Below are positions 15,001 to 20,159 of a stretch of 64,000 bases of DNA, in pieces (the stretch's first letter is position 1; every line of letters begins with the position of its first letter). The notes below the pieces were generated by a model, which was given only the letters and a program-made list of their open reading frames with translations, searched no databases and was not told the origin of the DNA. The position numbers were made by a program, and so were the translations under genes. Origin of the DNA: an uncultured Planctomycetales bacterium (lineage in GTDB: Bacteria > Omnitrophota > Gorgyraeia > Zapsychrales > JAHFFX01); NCBI GenBank assembly GCA_964464475.1, contig CAYXGG010000001.1:23174-87173 (forward strand), in the 5' to 3' direction.

Positions 15001-18000
15001 TGACGGCCAGTGGTGTTAATTGGTCAGATTTTGGCGTTCTTACCTCCAGCAACATTAACTGGCAGAATTTTGCCGATATGTCATCGGTCAACTGGGCTAG
15101 TATTAGTGATATGGCGTCTGCGGGTATTAATTGGGACAATTTTGCGGACGTTGCTAACGCAGGTGTCAATTGGGATAACGTGGGTGTCATGACGTATTCG
15201 GGTATCAACTGGTACGACATGGGGGTCATGACGGGTGGCGGCATTAACTGGTTGGACGTCAGTACATTAAGCACCGAAGGCATCAACTGGACTGATTTGG
15301 ATACCATGACGGATGCGGGTATCAACTGGGCTGACCTGCAGACGCTTACCGTTATGGGCATTAACTGGTCGGATTTGGATGTGATGTCTGATTCAGGCAT
15401 TAACTGGAACGATATTTCTCGTCTCGCCGGTGTGGGCATCAATTGGGAAAATATTTATACGATGTCGACTGTTGGGATCAACTGGAATGATTTTGAAACT
15501 ATGTCGAACATCGCCATCAACTGGCAGAATTTTGCCGAAATGTCGGGGATCAACTGGGCAAGTATCGGCGACATGGCTGCTGCCGGTATTAACTGGGATA
15601 ATTTTTCCGACGTCGCGAACTCCGGAATCAACTGGTATGAGATCGCGGTGATGGCGGATTCTGACGTAAATTGGAACGACTTAGGCGAAGTCACGGCCGC
15701 GGGTATTAATTGGTCGGACTTCTCGGTCATGAGTAATACGGGCGTCAACTGGATCAATATTGGCGATCTTTCCGGCGCGGGCATTAACTGGTTGGAAATT
15801 GATACGATCAGTCAGACAGGTATCAACTGGAATGATCTACAGGCGTTGACCACCGCTAATATTAATTGGAATGATCTTAACGTGATTTCCACTCAAGGCA
15901 TTAATTGGTTTGATCTGCAAGTGATGAGCGTGGCACAAATTAACTGGACGGATCTACAATCCATGTCGTCGATTGGTATCAACTGGCAAGATATTAATGT
16001 GATGAGCCAGGCGGGTATTAATTGGGCGGATGTTGATGTGTTATCTGAAATAGGCATCAATTGGGATGACCTTCAATCCCTTTCAACGACGGGGATTAAT
16101 TGGGCCGATTTGGATGTGATGTCGGATGCCGGGATCAATTGGGCCGCTTTAGAGTATATGTCGGCCAGTGGCGTGAACTGGTATGACATTTCGTATATGT
16201 CAACGTCCGGTGTCAACTGGACGGACATGAATACCATGACGACCATCGGCGTTAATTGGGCCAATTTTGGGGACATGTCCGGCGTCAACTGGGCGAGTAT
16301 TAGTGATATGGCGTCAGCGGGTATTAATTGGGATAACTTCGCCGGTGTTGCTAACGCAGGGGTCAATTGGGATAACGTCGGCGTGATGTCTTATTCAGGA
16401 ATTAATTGGGATGATATTGGGACTATGTCCACTGTCGGTGTCAACTGGTCGGACATTCAAATCATGTCGGACGCCAGCGTGAATTGGCTTAATTTTGCCG
16501 ACTTGTCCGGCGTTAATTGGACCAGCATTGGAGAAATGGCTTCCGCCGGGATTAATTGGGACAATTTTGCCGACGTCGCTTCCGCCGGCATTAATTGGGA
16601 TGGCGTCGGTGCCATGGCCAGCGCGGGCATTAATTGGGAAGATATTGGTACTATGTCCGTCCAGGGAATCAATTGGGCTGATTTTTACGGCCTCAGCACC
16701 TCTCAAATTAATTGGTATGAGCTCGAGAACATGAGTAATGTGGGCATTAATTGGACGGACTTAAGCACGATGACCAATGTGGGCGTCAACTGGTTTGATA
16801 TTGATCTCATGAGTGATTCGAATGTGAATTGGTCAAACTTTTCAGAAATGTCTGGCGTGAATTGGGCAAGTATCGCGGAAATGGCGTCCGCGGGAATCAA
16901 TTGGGACAATTTTTCTGACGTGGCGAACGCGGGTATCAACTGGGATAACGTTGGCGTTATGTCTTACGCGGGTGTTAATTGGTCAGATATGGCAGAATTA
17001 ACCGGCGCGGGTATTAATTGGACGGATCTCAATCGCGTTTCTGAAACCGGAATCAATTGGAGTGATTTTGGAGTTTTGTCTACGACCGGTATCAATTGGG
17101 AAGATATTGGTTCGATGTCGACCAGCGCGATCAATTGGGGTGGTCTGCAAGACATGACGTCATCCAACATTAACTGGTTGGATATTGAATTTTTAAGCAC
17201 GCAAGGCATTAATTGGAGCGCCTTGGGCGATATCGCGAACGCCGGAGTCAACTGGTCGGATATTGAAGTGATGAGTTCGTTGGGGATCAACTGGAGTGAT
17301 TTGGATGTTCTTTCCGATGCTGGCGTCAATTGGGCGGATCTGAGCACCATGAGCGCCAATGGCATCAACTGGGCCAATATTTACGATTTGTCCTCCACCG
17401 GCATCAATTGGGATGGAATTGACCAAATGAGTCGCTCCGGTGTCAACTGGGAAAACATCGGTGACCTTTCGATCGCCGGTGTCAATTGGTTTGATATTGA
17501 ATCCATGTCCTCCAAGGGAATCAATTGGACTGATTTTGGAACGTTAAGTGAATCGGGTATTAATTGGTTAGACATCGGTGCTCTGTCGGATGCCGGCGTC
17601 AACTGGACGGATTTGGATATTATGAGCGATGCGGGAGTTAATTGGGCTGAATTTGAAGTCATGAGTAAGGCTGCCGTCAACTGGGACAATTTCTCTAATA
17701 TGTCGAATATCAATTGGGCCAGTATCGGGGAGATGGCCGCGGCAGGGATTAATTGGGATAGCTTCGCAGATGTCGCGAATGCGGGTATCAATTGGGAAAA
17801 TGTCGGGGTGATGTCCTACGCGAGCGTGAACTGGAATGATTTAGGCGCTTTGAGCACCGCGGGGGTCAACTGGAATGACCTGTCTTACATGACCAGCGTG
17901 AGCGCTAACTGGGAGAATTTCTCAGAGATCTCGGGGGTCAACTGGTCTAGTGTTGGCGAAATGGCTTCTGCGGGTATCAACTGGGATAATTTTTCAGACG

Positions 18001-20141
18001 TCGCTAACGCCGGTATTAACTGGGATTCGGTGGCCTACATGGCAGAAGCGGGTGTTAACTGGAATAATATTAGTACTATGGCCAGTTCGGGCATCAATTG
18101 GTATGACATTGAATTCATGAGCAATAATGGCATTAATTGGGATGATTTAAATTACTTAACGACTTTGGGTGTTAATTGGGATAGTTTTTATTCTATGTCC
18201 GCGTCGGGTATCAATTGGACGGATATTGACCGCATGACGGATACCGGAATTAACTGGGAAGATTTTAGTGTTTTCTCTGCCGCCGGCATCAACTGGGATA
18301 ACTTTGCTTTAGCTTCTGGAACCAACTGGGGAAGCATTGCTGACATGGCATCGGCGGGTATTAACTGGGATAATTTTAGCGGAGTCGCGAACGCCGGTGT
18401 CAACTGGGACAATGTCGGGGTCATGTCTTATGCCGGTGTTAATTGGGATGATATTAGTTCCATGTCCAACACCGGGGTCAACTGGGATGACATTGAAACA
18501 TTAAGTAGCTCAGGAGTCAATTGGTCTGAGTTAAACGTATTCTCGACCTCAGGAATCAACTGGAGCGATATCCATGTTCTTACGGCCTCGGCGATTAATT
18601 GGACTAATATTGGAGATATGTCTGCAACGGGTATCAACTGGCTAGATATTGGTCAAATGTCTTCATCCGGCATAAATTGGAACAGTCTCTCGGTGATGTC
18701 CGACGCAGGCATTAATTGGTACGATATTGAAACGATGACCACGGCGGGAGTTAACTGGACCGATTTCTCCCAATTGTCGGGTGCGACTATCAATTGGGAC
18801 AATCTCGATGTCCTCACGGATGCAGGTGTCAATTGGGATGGTTTTGGTGAAATCAGCTCGGCTGGTATTAACTGGCTCAATATGGGCGCCATGACCGAAG
18901 CTAACGTGAATTGGGAAAACTTGGCTGAGAACTCGTCGGTGAACTGGACGAACGTCTCTGACATGGCTGCCGCGGGCGTTAATTGGGAAAGTTTCTCGGA
19001 CATTGCTGCGTCAGGAGTCAATTGGGACAATATTTCTTACATGAGCGAGTCGGGTGTCAATTGGCAAAATGTTGGGGAATTGAGTTTGTCCGGCATCAAT
19101 TGGCAGGAAATTGAATCCTTGTCGGTGGCGGGCATTAATTGGAGTGATATTACCCAAATGACCGTTCAAAATATTAACTGGGCAGATTTGAATACATTAA
19201 CGACTTCCGGGGTCAACTGGGCGGATCTTTCTTACATGAGTTTTAGTGGTATTAACTGGGTGGATATGTCTAACTCCTCTCGCGCCGGTATCAATTGGCA
19301 AGACATCGCGAACATGAGCAATGCTAATGTCAATTGGGCGGGTATTGAGTATTTAGCGAATAATGCCCAGTCTTTGATCACGAATATTAATTCGATTCTA
19401 ACCGTTGTTAATAGTTTAAATACGAAGATGGGTGAATTAGCCGACACCACGTCCAGCAATAGTTTGTTTGGTAAAGTCGCTCAGATTTATCAAGAAGTTC
19501 AGAATTTGGCCGGTGGCGGTGTCAGCAACATTGAGTCCATCGTGACGGCTATGCAGACTAAGCTGGGAGCAGCTACCGATGCCAGCAATTCCAATACGGT
19601 TTTTGGAGACTTACAATCAATCCAGGATTATGTCGATACGCTGGAAACTTTAGTCGGCGTCACCACGGATACCTCGACGGATACCATTTTTGGTCAATTA
19701 AGCGGCATGCCGGAAATTAGAGAAAATGTTTCTAAAGCTAAAAGCGGCGCGAACGCGGCCTTGGGCGAAGCTCAGGAAATCCGTAAAGAAATCGGCGCCA
19801 AAGGTGAGACTCCGGCGCTCTATGAACGCGTGAAGCGACTGGAAAATATGCTCAAAGAATTGCAGGGCTTGTCGGAAAAGATCGCTCAAAGTAAGGTCAG
19901 CTCGGGTGGTTTAACGACAGAGATTCTAGAGATGCTGACGAATCTGGTGGAAAAAAGCGCGAAAGCGTTAGGTTTGTCCGGGGAAGCGATTAAGATTTCA
20001 CCGTTGAAACCTGGCGAAGAAGAGGATCTGTCCAACGTTAACGAAAAATTGGATGAAATCCGCGCTAAGACGGATCTTCTGAAGGAAGCGGCTGAGGCCG
20101 AGAATGTCGTCGTCAAGAGCTGGTTTGAAAGCGGTGAGTAA
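6..20141 (+). CDS. Giant tandem-repeat protein, more than 6,700 aa visible. The frame is open to the window's first base, so the 5' end is probably partial. It consists of about 490 tandem 13-residue units (G-V/I-N-W-N/T/S/D-D/G-L/I/F-x-x-L/M-S/T-x-x) plus a C-terminal alpha-helical or coiled-coil domain of roughly 260 aa. A likely role is a cell-surface fibre or adhesin.
   Basis: A single uninterrupted frame runs for 20.1 kb with 39-nt periodicity. The invariant Gly/Val/Asn/Trp are encoded by varying synonymous codons (ggc/ggg/ggt/gga; gtc/gtt/gta/gtg; aac/aat, with tgg fixed), which indicates selection at the protein level. The stop is TAA at 20139-20141. No recognisable known domain family was found. 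A hydrophobic periodicity (positions 3, 5, 8, 11) with an invariant Asn suggests beta-solenoid rungs; this is inference. Confidence 0.85.
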   Translation: MWVESDNDRVAITTGDAATLTIYRQDGSTSEASLTMTLDDTNDWWKSNSWNPSDPRDTYLARGTCEQGVSTYNLTTDVNVAAQAVNWTDISDIRTNIDKANWDDLGVLTSQGINWNDLASLTTAAVNWQDLGVLTTQGVNYSDFGVLTTRAINWEDFNVMSIRGVNWTDIAALHAVGVNWNDLYSLTSVAVNWVDLAFMTSAGVNWSDIAYMSGSGTNWTANVNWDSLAELTNASVNWNDIYSMTSRNINWEDLNVMASLGINWTNYADMTLVGTNWNDISVLTARGINWNDVGVLTNLGANWTNFADLTLAGTNWNDLTVLTYAAVNWADLYALTTAGANWNDLGVLTTAGVNWSDLTVLSRITVNWNDLSVLTSQGVNWNDLSTLTTVGVNWNDVNVLTTRGVNWNDIGIMTTQGVNWNDISTLTSTGVNWNDLTVLTRAGANWDDLYTVSTKGLNWDEFQSMTTKGINWNSIADMSAVGVNWNDIVVLSYASVNWDGIQAMSVGGVNWNDLGTMSTAGVNWTGMYDLSVANTNWSGLNEMTTAGINWTDVGVLSARGINWDGINELSIGQVNWDGIQALSVGLVNWTGIAELSYSGTNWTEIDVLSRAQVNWTGIQDLSFGGVNWNDLTVLSRAGANWDDLSVLSASGVNWTDIDIMSDAGVNWNDLSVLTSRAVNWEDLNVMTTRGVNWDDLQVMSTRGINWVSLYDMSVANINWNSLEVMSTSNVNWVGVYDMSASNVNWTGISELSIANVNWTGVNELTAAGVNWNDLAVFTSVGTNWNDFSVITNTAINWTDLDLLSKQGVNWNDLASMTSAGVNWNDITVLSRTGVNWTGIYDMSVSGVNWGGIQDLSVANTNWTGIYDLSVGNVNWTGIQSLSEGNVNWTDLDVLSRSNVNWNDLTVMTATGVNWTGLNELSVSAINWTGIQDMTAAGVNWNDLSVFSYAQVNWTEIDNLSRQGINWNDLSVMTALGVNWTSINDLSKAAINWDDITVMGYAGVNWNDLYSLSTASINWNDFAVMNATGVNWSDLDILSEAGINWLDIDVMSRNGVNWNDLTVMTRSGVNWTNFSDMSGTNWTNISDMAASGVNWTGFTDLSTAGVNWNDVGVMSSIGVNWNDLNSLTTAGVNWNDLESLSRKGVNWNDLEVMSNTGINWDNFYDMTQGINWNNMYDLTRAGVNWNDLTVMTSLGVNWNDLYSLSTVGINWNDIDVMARAGVNWNDLNSLAAAGVNWTGLNEITVSGVNWNDISVLAAAGVNWTDIDVMSRTSINWAEFYTLTTQGINWASIGSMTTAGINWNDIDTLSRTGVNWDDLYALTTATINWNDFSVMTNTAINWLDVAVMHNLGVNWSDLDVLSRIGMNWNDLQVITSTGINWVDLDILSDAGVNWADIDIMSETGINWSDLDIMHDAGVNWNDLDVMSDAGVNWSDLTVMSQSGVNWNNFSLMSGTNWTNISDMSQTSINWYSIEEMSGAGVNWNNFSDMAGVSINWNDVAVMAATGVNWTDLDILTEAGVNWNDLDALSRAGVNWNDLTVMSTRGVNWNTIYDMTSAGINWTNFGDMSSSSVNWDSIALMGSASINWDDFYLLTTKGINWDDVGRMTTVGINWNDMTVLTQAGVNWSGLNELAVSNVNWTGLQDLSTANVNWNDLTVLSSAVVNWTDLAVLSESGVNWNDLSALSVAGVNWNDINVLSSRGINWNDLGVLTTAGANWNDLTVLTSVGVNWNDLTVFSNMGINWINYSDLTTAGTNWSDIEVLSRAGVNWNDLTVLAQAGVNWTDLDIMSDAGVNWDDLNSLSRAGINWLEIDTLSRAGVNWTGLNELAISNVNWTDLNSMTTAGVNWASLYDLSVAGVNWNDISAMSYQGVNWNDFGVMTTQTINWNNLTVMSSSGVNWTDMAYLTTSGVNWDNMSTMTGVNWTNVSDMASAGVNWDSFAELGSANVNWTNVSDLSYAGVNWNDLGAMSGAGINWTEIDVLSRASVNWTGINDLSTAGVNWTDMGVMSSTGVNWTEIDVLSRSGVNWTGINDLSTSGVNWTDVGLLSSAGVNWNDLSVLTSTGVNWADLDIMSDATINWADLDIMHDAGINWEDFQVLTSRGVNWNDLDVLSRANVNWTGINEMSIAGVNWTGINDLSTAGVNWTDLGVLSTASVNWNDLTVMTSLGINWTDMGVMSSSGVNWVNFNEMSGVNWTNLGEMSTSGLNWNDLTVMSYSGVNWDSFGAMSTAGINWNDIGTLSSAGVNWTEIDVLSRAGVNWSGLNDLSVAGVNWNDLSVMSSVGVNWTEIDVLSRAGVNWTGINDLSTAGINWTDVGLLSSAGVNWNDLTVLTSAGVNWADLDIMSDASINWADLDIMHDAGVNWDDLQSMSTRGVNWTDIDVLSRANVNWTGINELSVAGVNWVGMQDLSIAGVNWTDIGVMGATGINWTDWDVMTRAGINWNDLSSMSASGVNWANFSTMSGVNWTSISEMASAGINWDNFADIAAAGVNWDNVSVMSYSGINWNDFGVMSSSSINWTEIDVLSRAGVNWVGVNDLSLAGVNWNDLSVMSGVGVNWTEIDVLSRAGVNWTGINDLSAAGINWTDMGVLSAAGINWTDIDVLSRTAINWNDLTAMTTTGVNWADLNYLTNLGLNWNDIQVMSSRGINWDDWTVLSRAGVNWDDFNRLSSSGMNWEDIQVMTTRGINWTDVDTLSEAGINWLGVQDLSVGGVNWLGMQDLSIAGVNWNDLNVMSTSVINWTDFGVMSVAGVNWTDMSVMTQAGVNWSNFSTMSGVNWTSIGEMASAGVNWDNFADVANAGVNWDNVGVMTYAGVNWNDLGSMTSANINWTELDVLSRAGVNWVGVNDLAAAGVNWNDLSVMSAVGVNWTEIDVLSRAGVNWTGINELSSAGVNWTDLGVLSGVGINWFDLDVLSRTGVNWSDLDVMSDASINWNDFQALSSTGINWNDLTVMSAQGVNWTEIDVLSRSGVNWTGIQDLSLGGVNWTDLGTLTAAGINWNDLNALSTTGVNWNDLDVLSRAGINWQDMTVMTSSGVNWSNFSTMSGVNWTSIGEMASAGINWDNFADVAAAGVNWDNIGVMTYAGINWNDMSLMSSIGVNWNDLQVMTSQGVNWTSFNDLTVAGINWTDMGSMTTAGINWNDLDTLSRTGVNWTGINELSVAGVNWTDIGVLSAAGVNWTDLDVLSRTGVNWLDLGTMSGAGINWSDLDIMHDAGINWTDMDVMSRSAVNWASFGEMSGVNWTSIGDMASAGVNWDNFADVANAGINWDNVGIMTYAGVNWTEISTLSAAGVNWNDLSVLTGVGINWNDITVMSSLGMNWYDLGVMAAIGVNWSDLDVLTKSGVNWTNFTEMSTAGINWASVSDMSGVNWNNITEMSVSGINWSDIDVLSRSGINWNDISALASTGINWLDLDIMSDAGINWNDMQALTNAGVNWNDINVLSTMGVNWSNLYDMTTFGINWLDIDALSRAGINWTDIQTMSTTGVNWTDIDVLSDAGVNWSELDVITRIGINWNDLQSLTAAGVNWLDIGQMSSIGINWTDIQAMSTTGVNWTSIYDMSVTGINWLDIDVMSDAGVNWSSVSDLSSAGVNWNDIDALSRTGINWNDLGTLSAAGINWMDIGVLSTTGINWIDIDILSDAGINWADLDILSDTGINWADIEVMGRTNINWSDIGSLSTAGVNWNDIDALSRTGINWADLNTLTTQGINWANVYDLSTAGINWAEIDTLSRAGVNWADLQTMSVAGVNWLSFEVMSSVGVNWNDLAVMHASGINWQDFTTMTTAGVNWDNFVGMSGVNWGSIADMASAGINWDSFSEVSAAGVNWDNIGVMAGVGINWNDISSLSSSGVNWNDIQTLSSSGVNWTNFTEMSTAGINWASVSDMSGVNWNNITEMSTAGINWNDIDVLSRTGVNWANMYEMSTMGINWADIDVMSDMGVNWYDIERMSTVGLNWQDLDIMSDAGINWNDLQSLSNAAINWSDLDIMTEAGVNWNDISAMSSLGVNWNNLYDLSVAGVNWHDIDVMTRNGINWLDIDIMVRAGINWGDLSVLTAQGVNWNNLYDLSVAGVNWNDFTVITNTGINWLDLQVLSAQGINWLNFDDLSKAGINWTDINTLSSAGINWSDVSTMSAAGVNWLDIDTLSRTGINWSDLDVLSDTGINWAEIDVLSRTGINWNDIQVLSAQGMNWASLDEMTKAGINWLDIESMSVKGINWNDIQTMSVLGINWNNIDELSKAGVNWTDIDLMSDTGINWYDVERLSAVGINWSDLNVMSTQGVNWLDIERMSNNGVNWTDISLMSGSGINWANFADMSGVNWSSISDMAAAGINWDSFADVANAGINWENVGVMSYSGINWNDLSVMSTTGMNWLDIERMSGTGINWYDIETLSGTGINWLDIDIMSDAGINWGDLDVLSRAGVNWADIDVMTEQGVNWANVYDLTVAGINWNDIDALSRTGINWDDLAYMANSGVNWSDMSTMSASGVNWNDIATLSATGINWLDFDVMSDAGINWVSVNDLSQAGINWLDLQTMSVTGINWGDFGVLSAAGVNWLNVGEMSSSGVNWYDIQTLSAVGINWSDIGVLSATGINWLDIDVLSDMGVNWSSIDELSKAGINWTDIDTLSDAGVNWSDFASLTAAGINWIDIDALSDAGINWLDIEILGSRGINWNDLSTMSAAGINWYDVQTLSETGINWSDIGVLSSAGVNWSDLDIMSDTGINWLDFQFMSVSGVNWADLDIMTDAGINWASMEVMTASGINWVNFSDMSFVNWSTISEMSAAGINWDNIGVMAASGINWDDIGSMTTSGVNWLSVGDLSAAGINWNDIEKMSTQGVNWNDLNVMASAGINWSDFSVLTQSAINWQNFAEMSGINWTSIGDMAAAGINWDNFSDVANAGINWDNIAEMSYTGVNWFDFERLSTAGINWNDVFAMSSTGINWNDLSVFSTTGVNWNDIYTISTTGINWFDIESMSNMGVNWTDLDIMSDAGVNWADIQMMGTLGVNWTDLSTMTASGVNWSDFGVLTSSNINWQNFADMSSVNWASISDMASAGINWDNFADVANAGVNWDNVGVMTYSGINWYDMGVMTGGGINWLDVSTLSTEGINWTDLDTMTDAGINWADLQTLTVMGINWSDLDVMSDSGINWNDISRLAGVGINWENIYTMSTVGINWNDFETMSNIAINWQNFAEMSGINWASIGDMAAAGINWDNFSDVANSGINWYEIAVMADSDVNWNDLGEVTAAGINWSDFSVMSNTGVNWINIGDLSGAGINWLEIDTISQTGINWNDLQALTTANINWNDLNVISTQGINWFDLQVMSVAQINWTDLQSMSSIGINWQDINVMSQAGINWADVDVLSEIGINWDDLQSLSTTGINWADLDVMSDAGINWAALEYMSASGVNWYDISYMSTSGVNWTDMNTMTTIGVNWANFGDMSGVNWASISDMASAGINWDNFAGVANAGVNWDNVGVMSYSGINWDDIGTMSTVGVNWSDIQIMSDASVNWLNFADLSGVNWTSIGEMASAGINWDNFADVASAGINWDGVGAMASAGINWEDIGTMSVQGINWADFYGLSTSQINWYELENMSNVGINWTDLSTMTNVGVNWFDIDLMSDSNVNWSNFSEMSGVNWASIAEMASAGINWDNFSDVANAGINWDNVGVMSYAGVNWSDMAELTGAGINWTDLNRVSETGINWSDFGVLSTTGINWEDIGSMSTSAINWGGLQDMTSSNINWLDIEFLSTQGINWSALGDIANAGVNWSDIEVMSSLGINWSDLDVLSDAGVNWADLSTMSANGINWANIYDLSSTGINWDGIDQMSRSGVNWENIGDLSIAGVNWFDIESMSSKGINWTDFGTLSESGINWLDIGALSDAGVNWTDLDIMSDAGVNWAEFEVMSKAAVNWDNFSNMSNINWASIGEMAAAGINWDSFADVANAGINWENVGVMSYASVNWNDLGALSTAGVNWNDLSYMTSVSANWENFSEISGVNWSSVGEMASAGINWDNFSDVANAGINWDSVAYMAEAGVNWNNISTMASSGINWYDIEFMSNNGINWDDLNYLTTLGVNWDSFYSMSASGINWTDIDRMTDTGINWEDFSVFSAAGINWDNFALASGTNWGSIADMASAGINWDNFSGVANAGVNWDNVGVMSYAGVNWDDISSMSNTGVNWDDIETLSSSGVNWSELNVFSTSGINWSDIHVLTASAINWTNIGDMSATGINWLDIGQMSSSGINWNSLSVMSDAGINWYDIETMTTAGVNWTDFSQLSGATINWDNLDVLTDAGVNWDGFGEISSAGINWLNMGAMTEANVNWENLAENSSVNWTNVSDMAAAGVNWESFSDIAASGVNWDNISYMSESGVNWQNVGELSLSGINWQEIESLSVAGINWSDITQMTVQNINWADLNTLTTSGVNWADLSYMSFSGINWVDMSNSSRAGINWQDIANMSNANVNWAGIEYLANNAQSLITNINSILTVVNSLNTKMGELADTTSSNSLFGKVAQIYQEVQNLAGGGVSNIESIVTAMQTKLGAATDASNSNTVFGDLQSIQDYVDTLETLVGVTTDTSTDTIFGQLSGMPEIRENVSKAKSGANAALGEAQEIRKEIGAKGETPALYERVKRLENMLKELQGLSEKIAQSKVSSGGLTTEILEMLTNLVEKSAKALGLSGEAIKISPLKPGEEEDLSNVNEKLDEIRAKTDLLKEAAEAENVVVKSWFESGE
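250..19350 (+). repeat. Coding tandem-repeat array with a 39-nt (13-codon) unit and occasional 33-nt (11-codon) units. A recurring conserved block of about 135-150 nt punctuates the array, and there are longer near-identical super-repeats of roughly 0.8 kb.
   Basis: The motif ...GVNWNDL(S/T)VL(T/S)xx... recurs with 13-aa spacing through the whole ORF. Nucleotide strings such as ggggtcaactggacgg and gttaattggaatgatttg recur hundreds of times. The reverse strand is also largely open in two frames, as expected for a strict periodic repeat. Confidence 0.9.
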
Positions 20142-20159
20142 CATTTCAGGAAACTATAA

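Noticed and set aside
8132-16734. Short + strand ORFs lie in alternative frames inside the giant gene (8132..8359, 15010..15192, 15430..15651, 16495..16734).
   Set aside because: They are fully embedded in the 20-kb reading frame and have Cys/Arg/Gly-rich nonsense translations. They are not independent genes.
2325-17426. A second set of minus-strand ORFs in another antisense frame (2325..2642, 9042..9320, 16395..16706, 17193..17426) is rich in P, I, N and H.
   Set aside because: This is the same artefact of periodicity. The low-complexity translation carries no domain signal.
425-19030. There are dozens of minus-strand ORFs of 60-400 aa (for example 2846..3466, 6284..7477, 9815..10615, 13679..14479). 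They encode KSFQLTP- or ISVQLTP-type repeats.
   Set aside because: They are the antisense shadow of the 39-nt periodic coding repeat. A strict period that is a multiple of 3 keeps the reverse frames free of stops as well. There is no independent start or RBS signal. The + strand frame is the one with synonymous-codon variation at conserved residues.
250-19350. The regular 39-nt periodicity was considered as a possible CRISPR array or non-coding satellite.
   Set aside because: There are no unique spacers between repeats. The array is continuously protein-coding in one frame, and the repeat variation is concentrated at synonymous sites.
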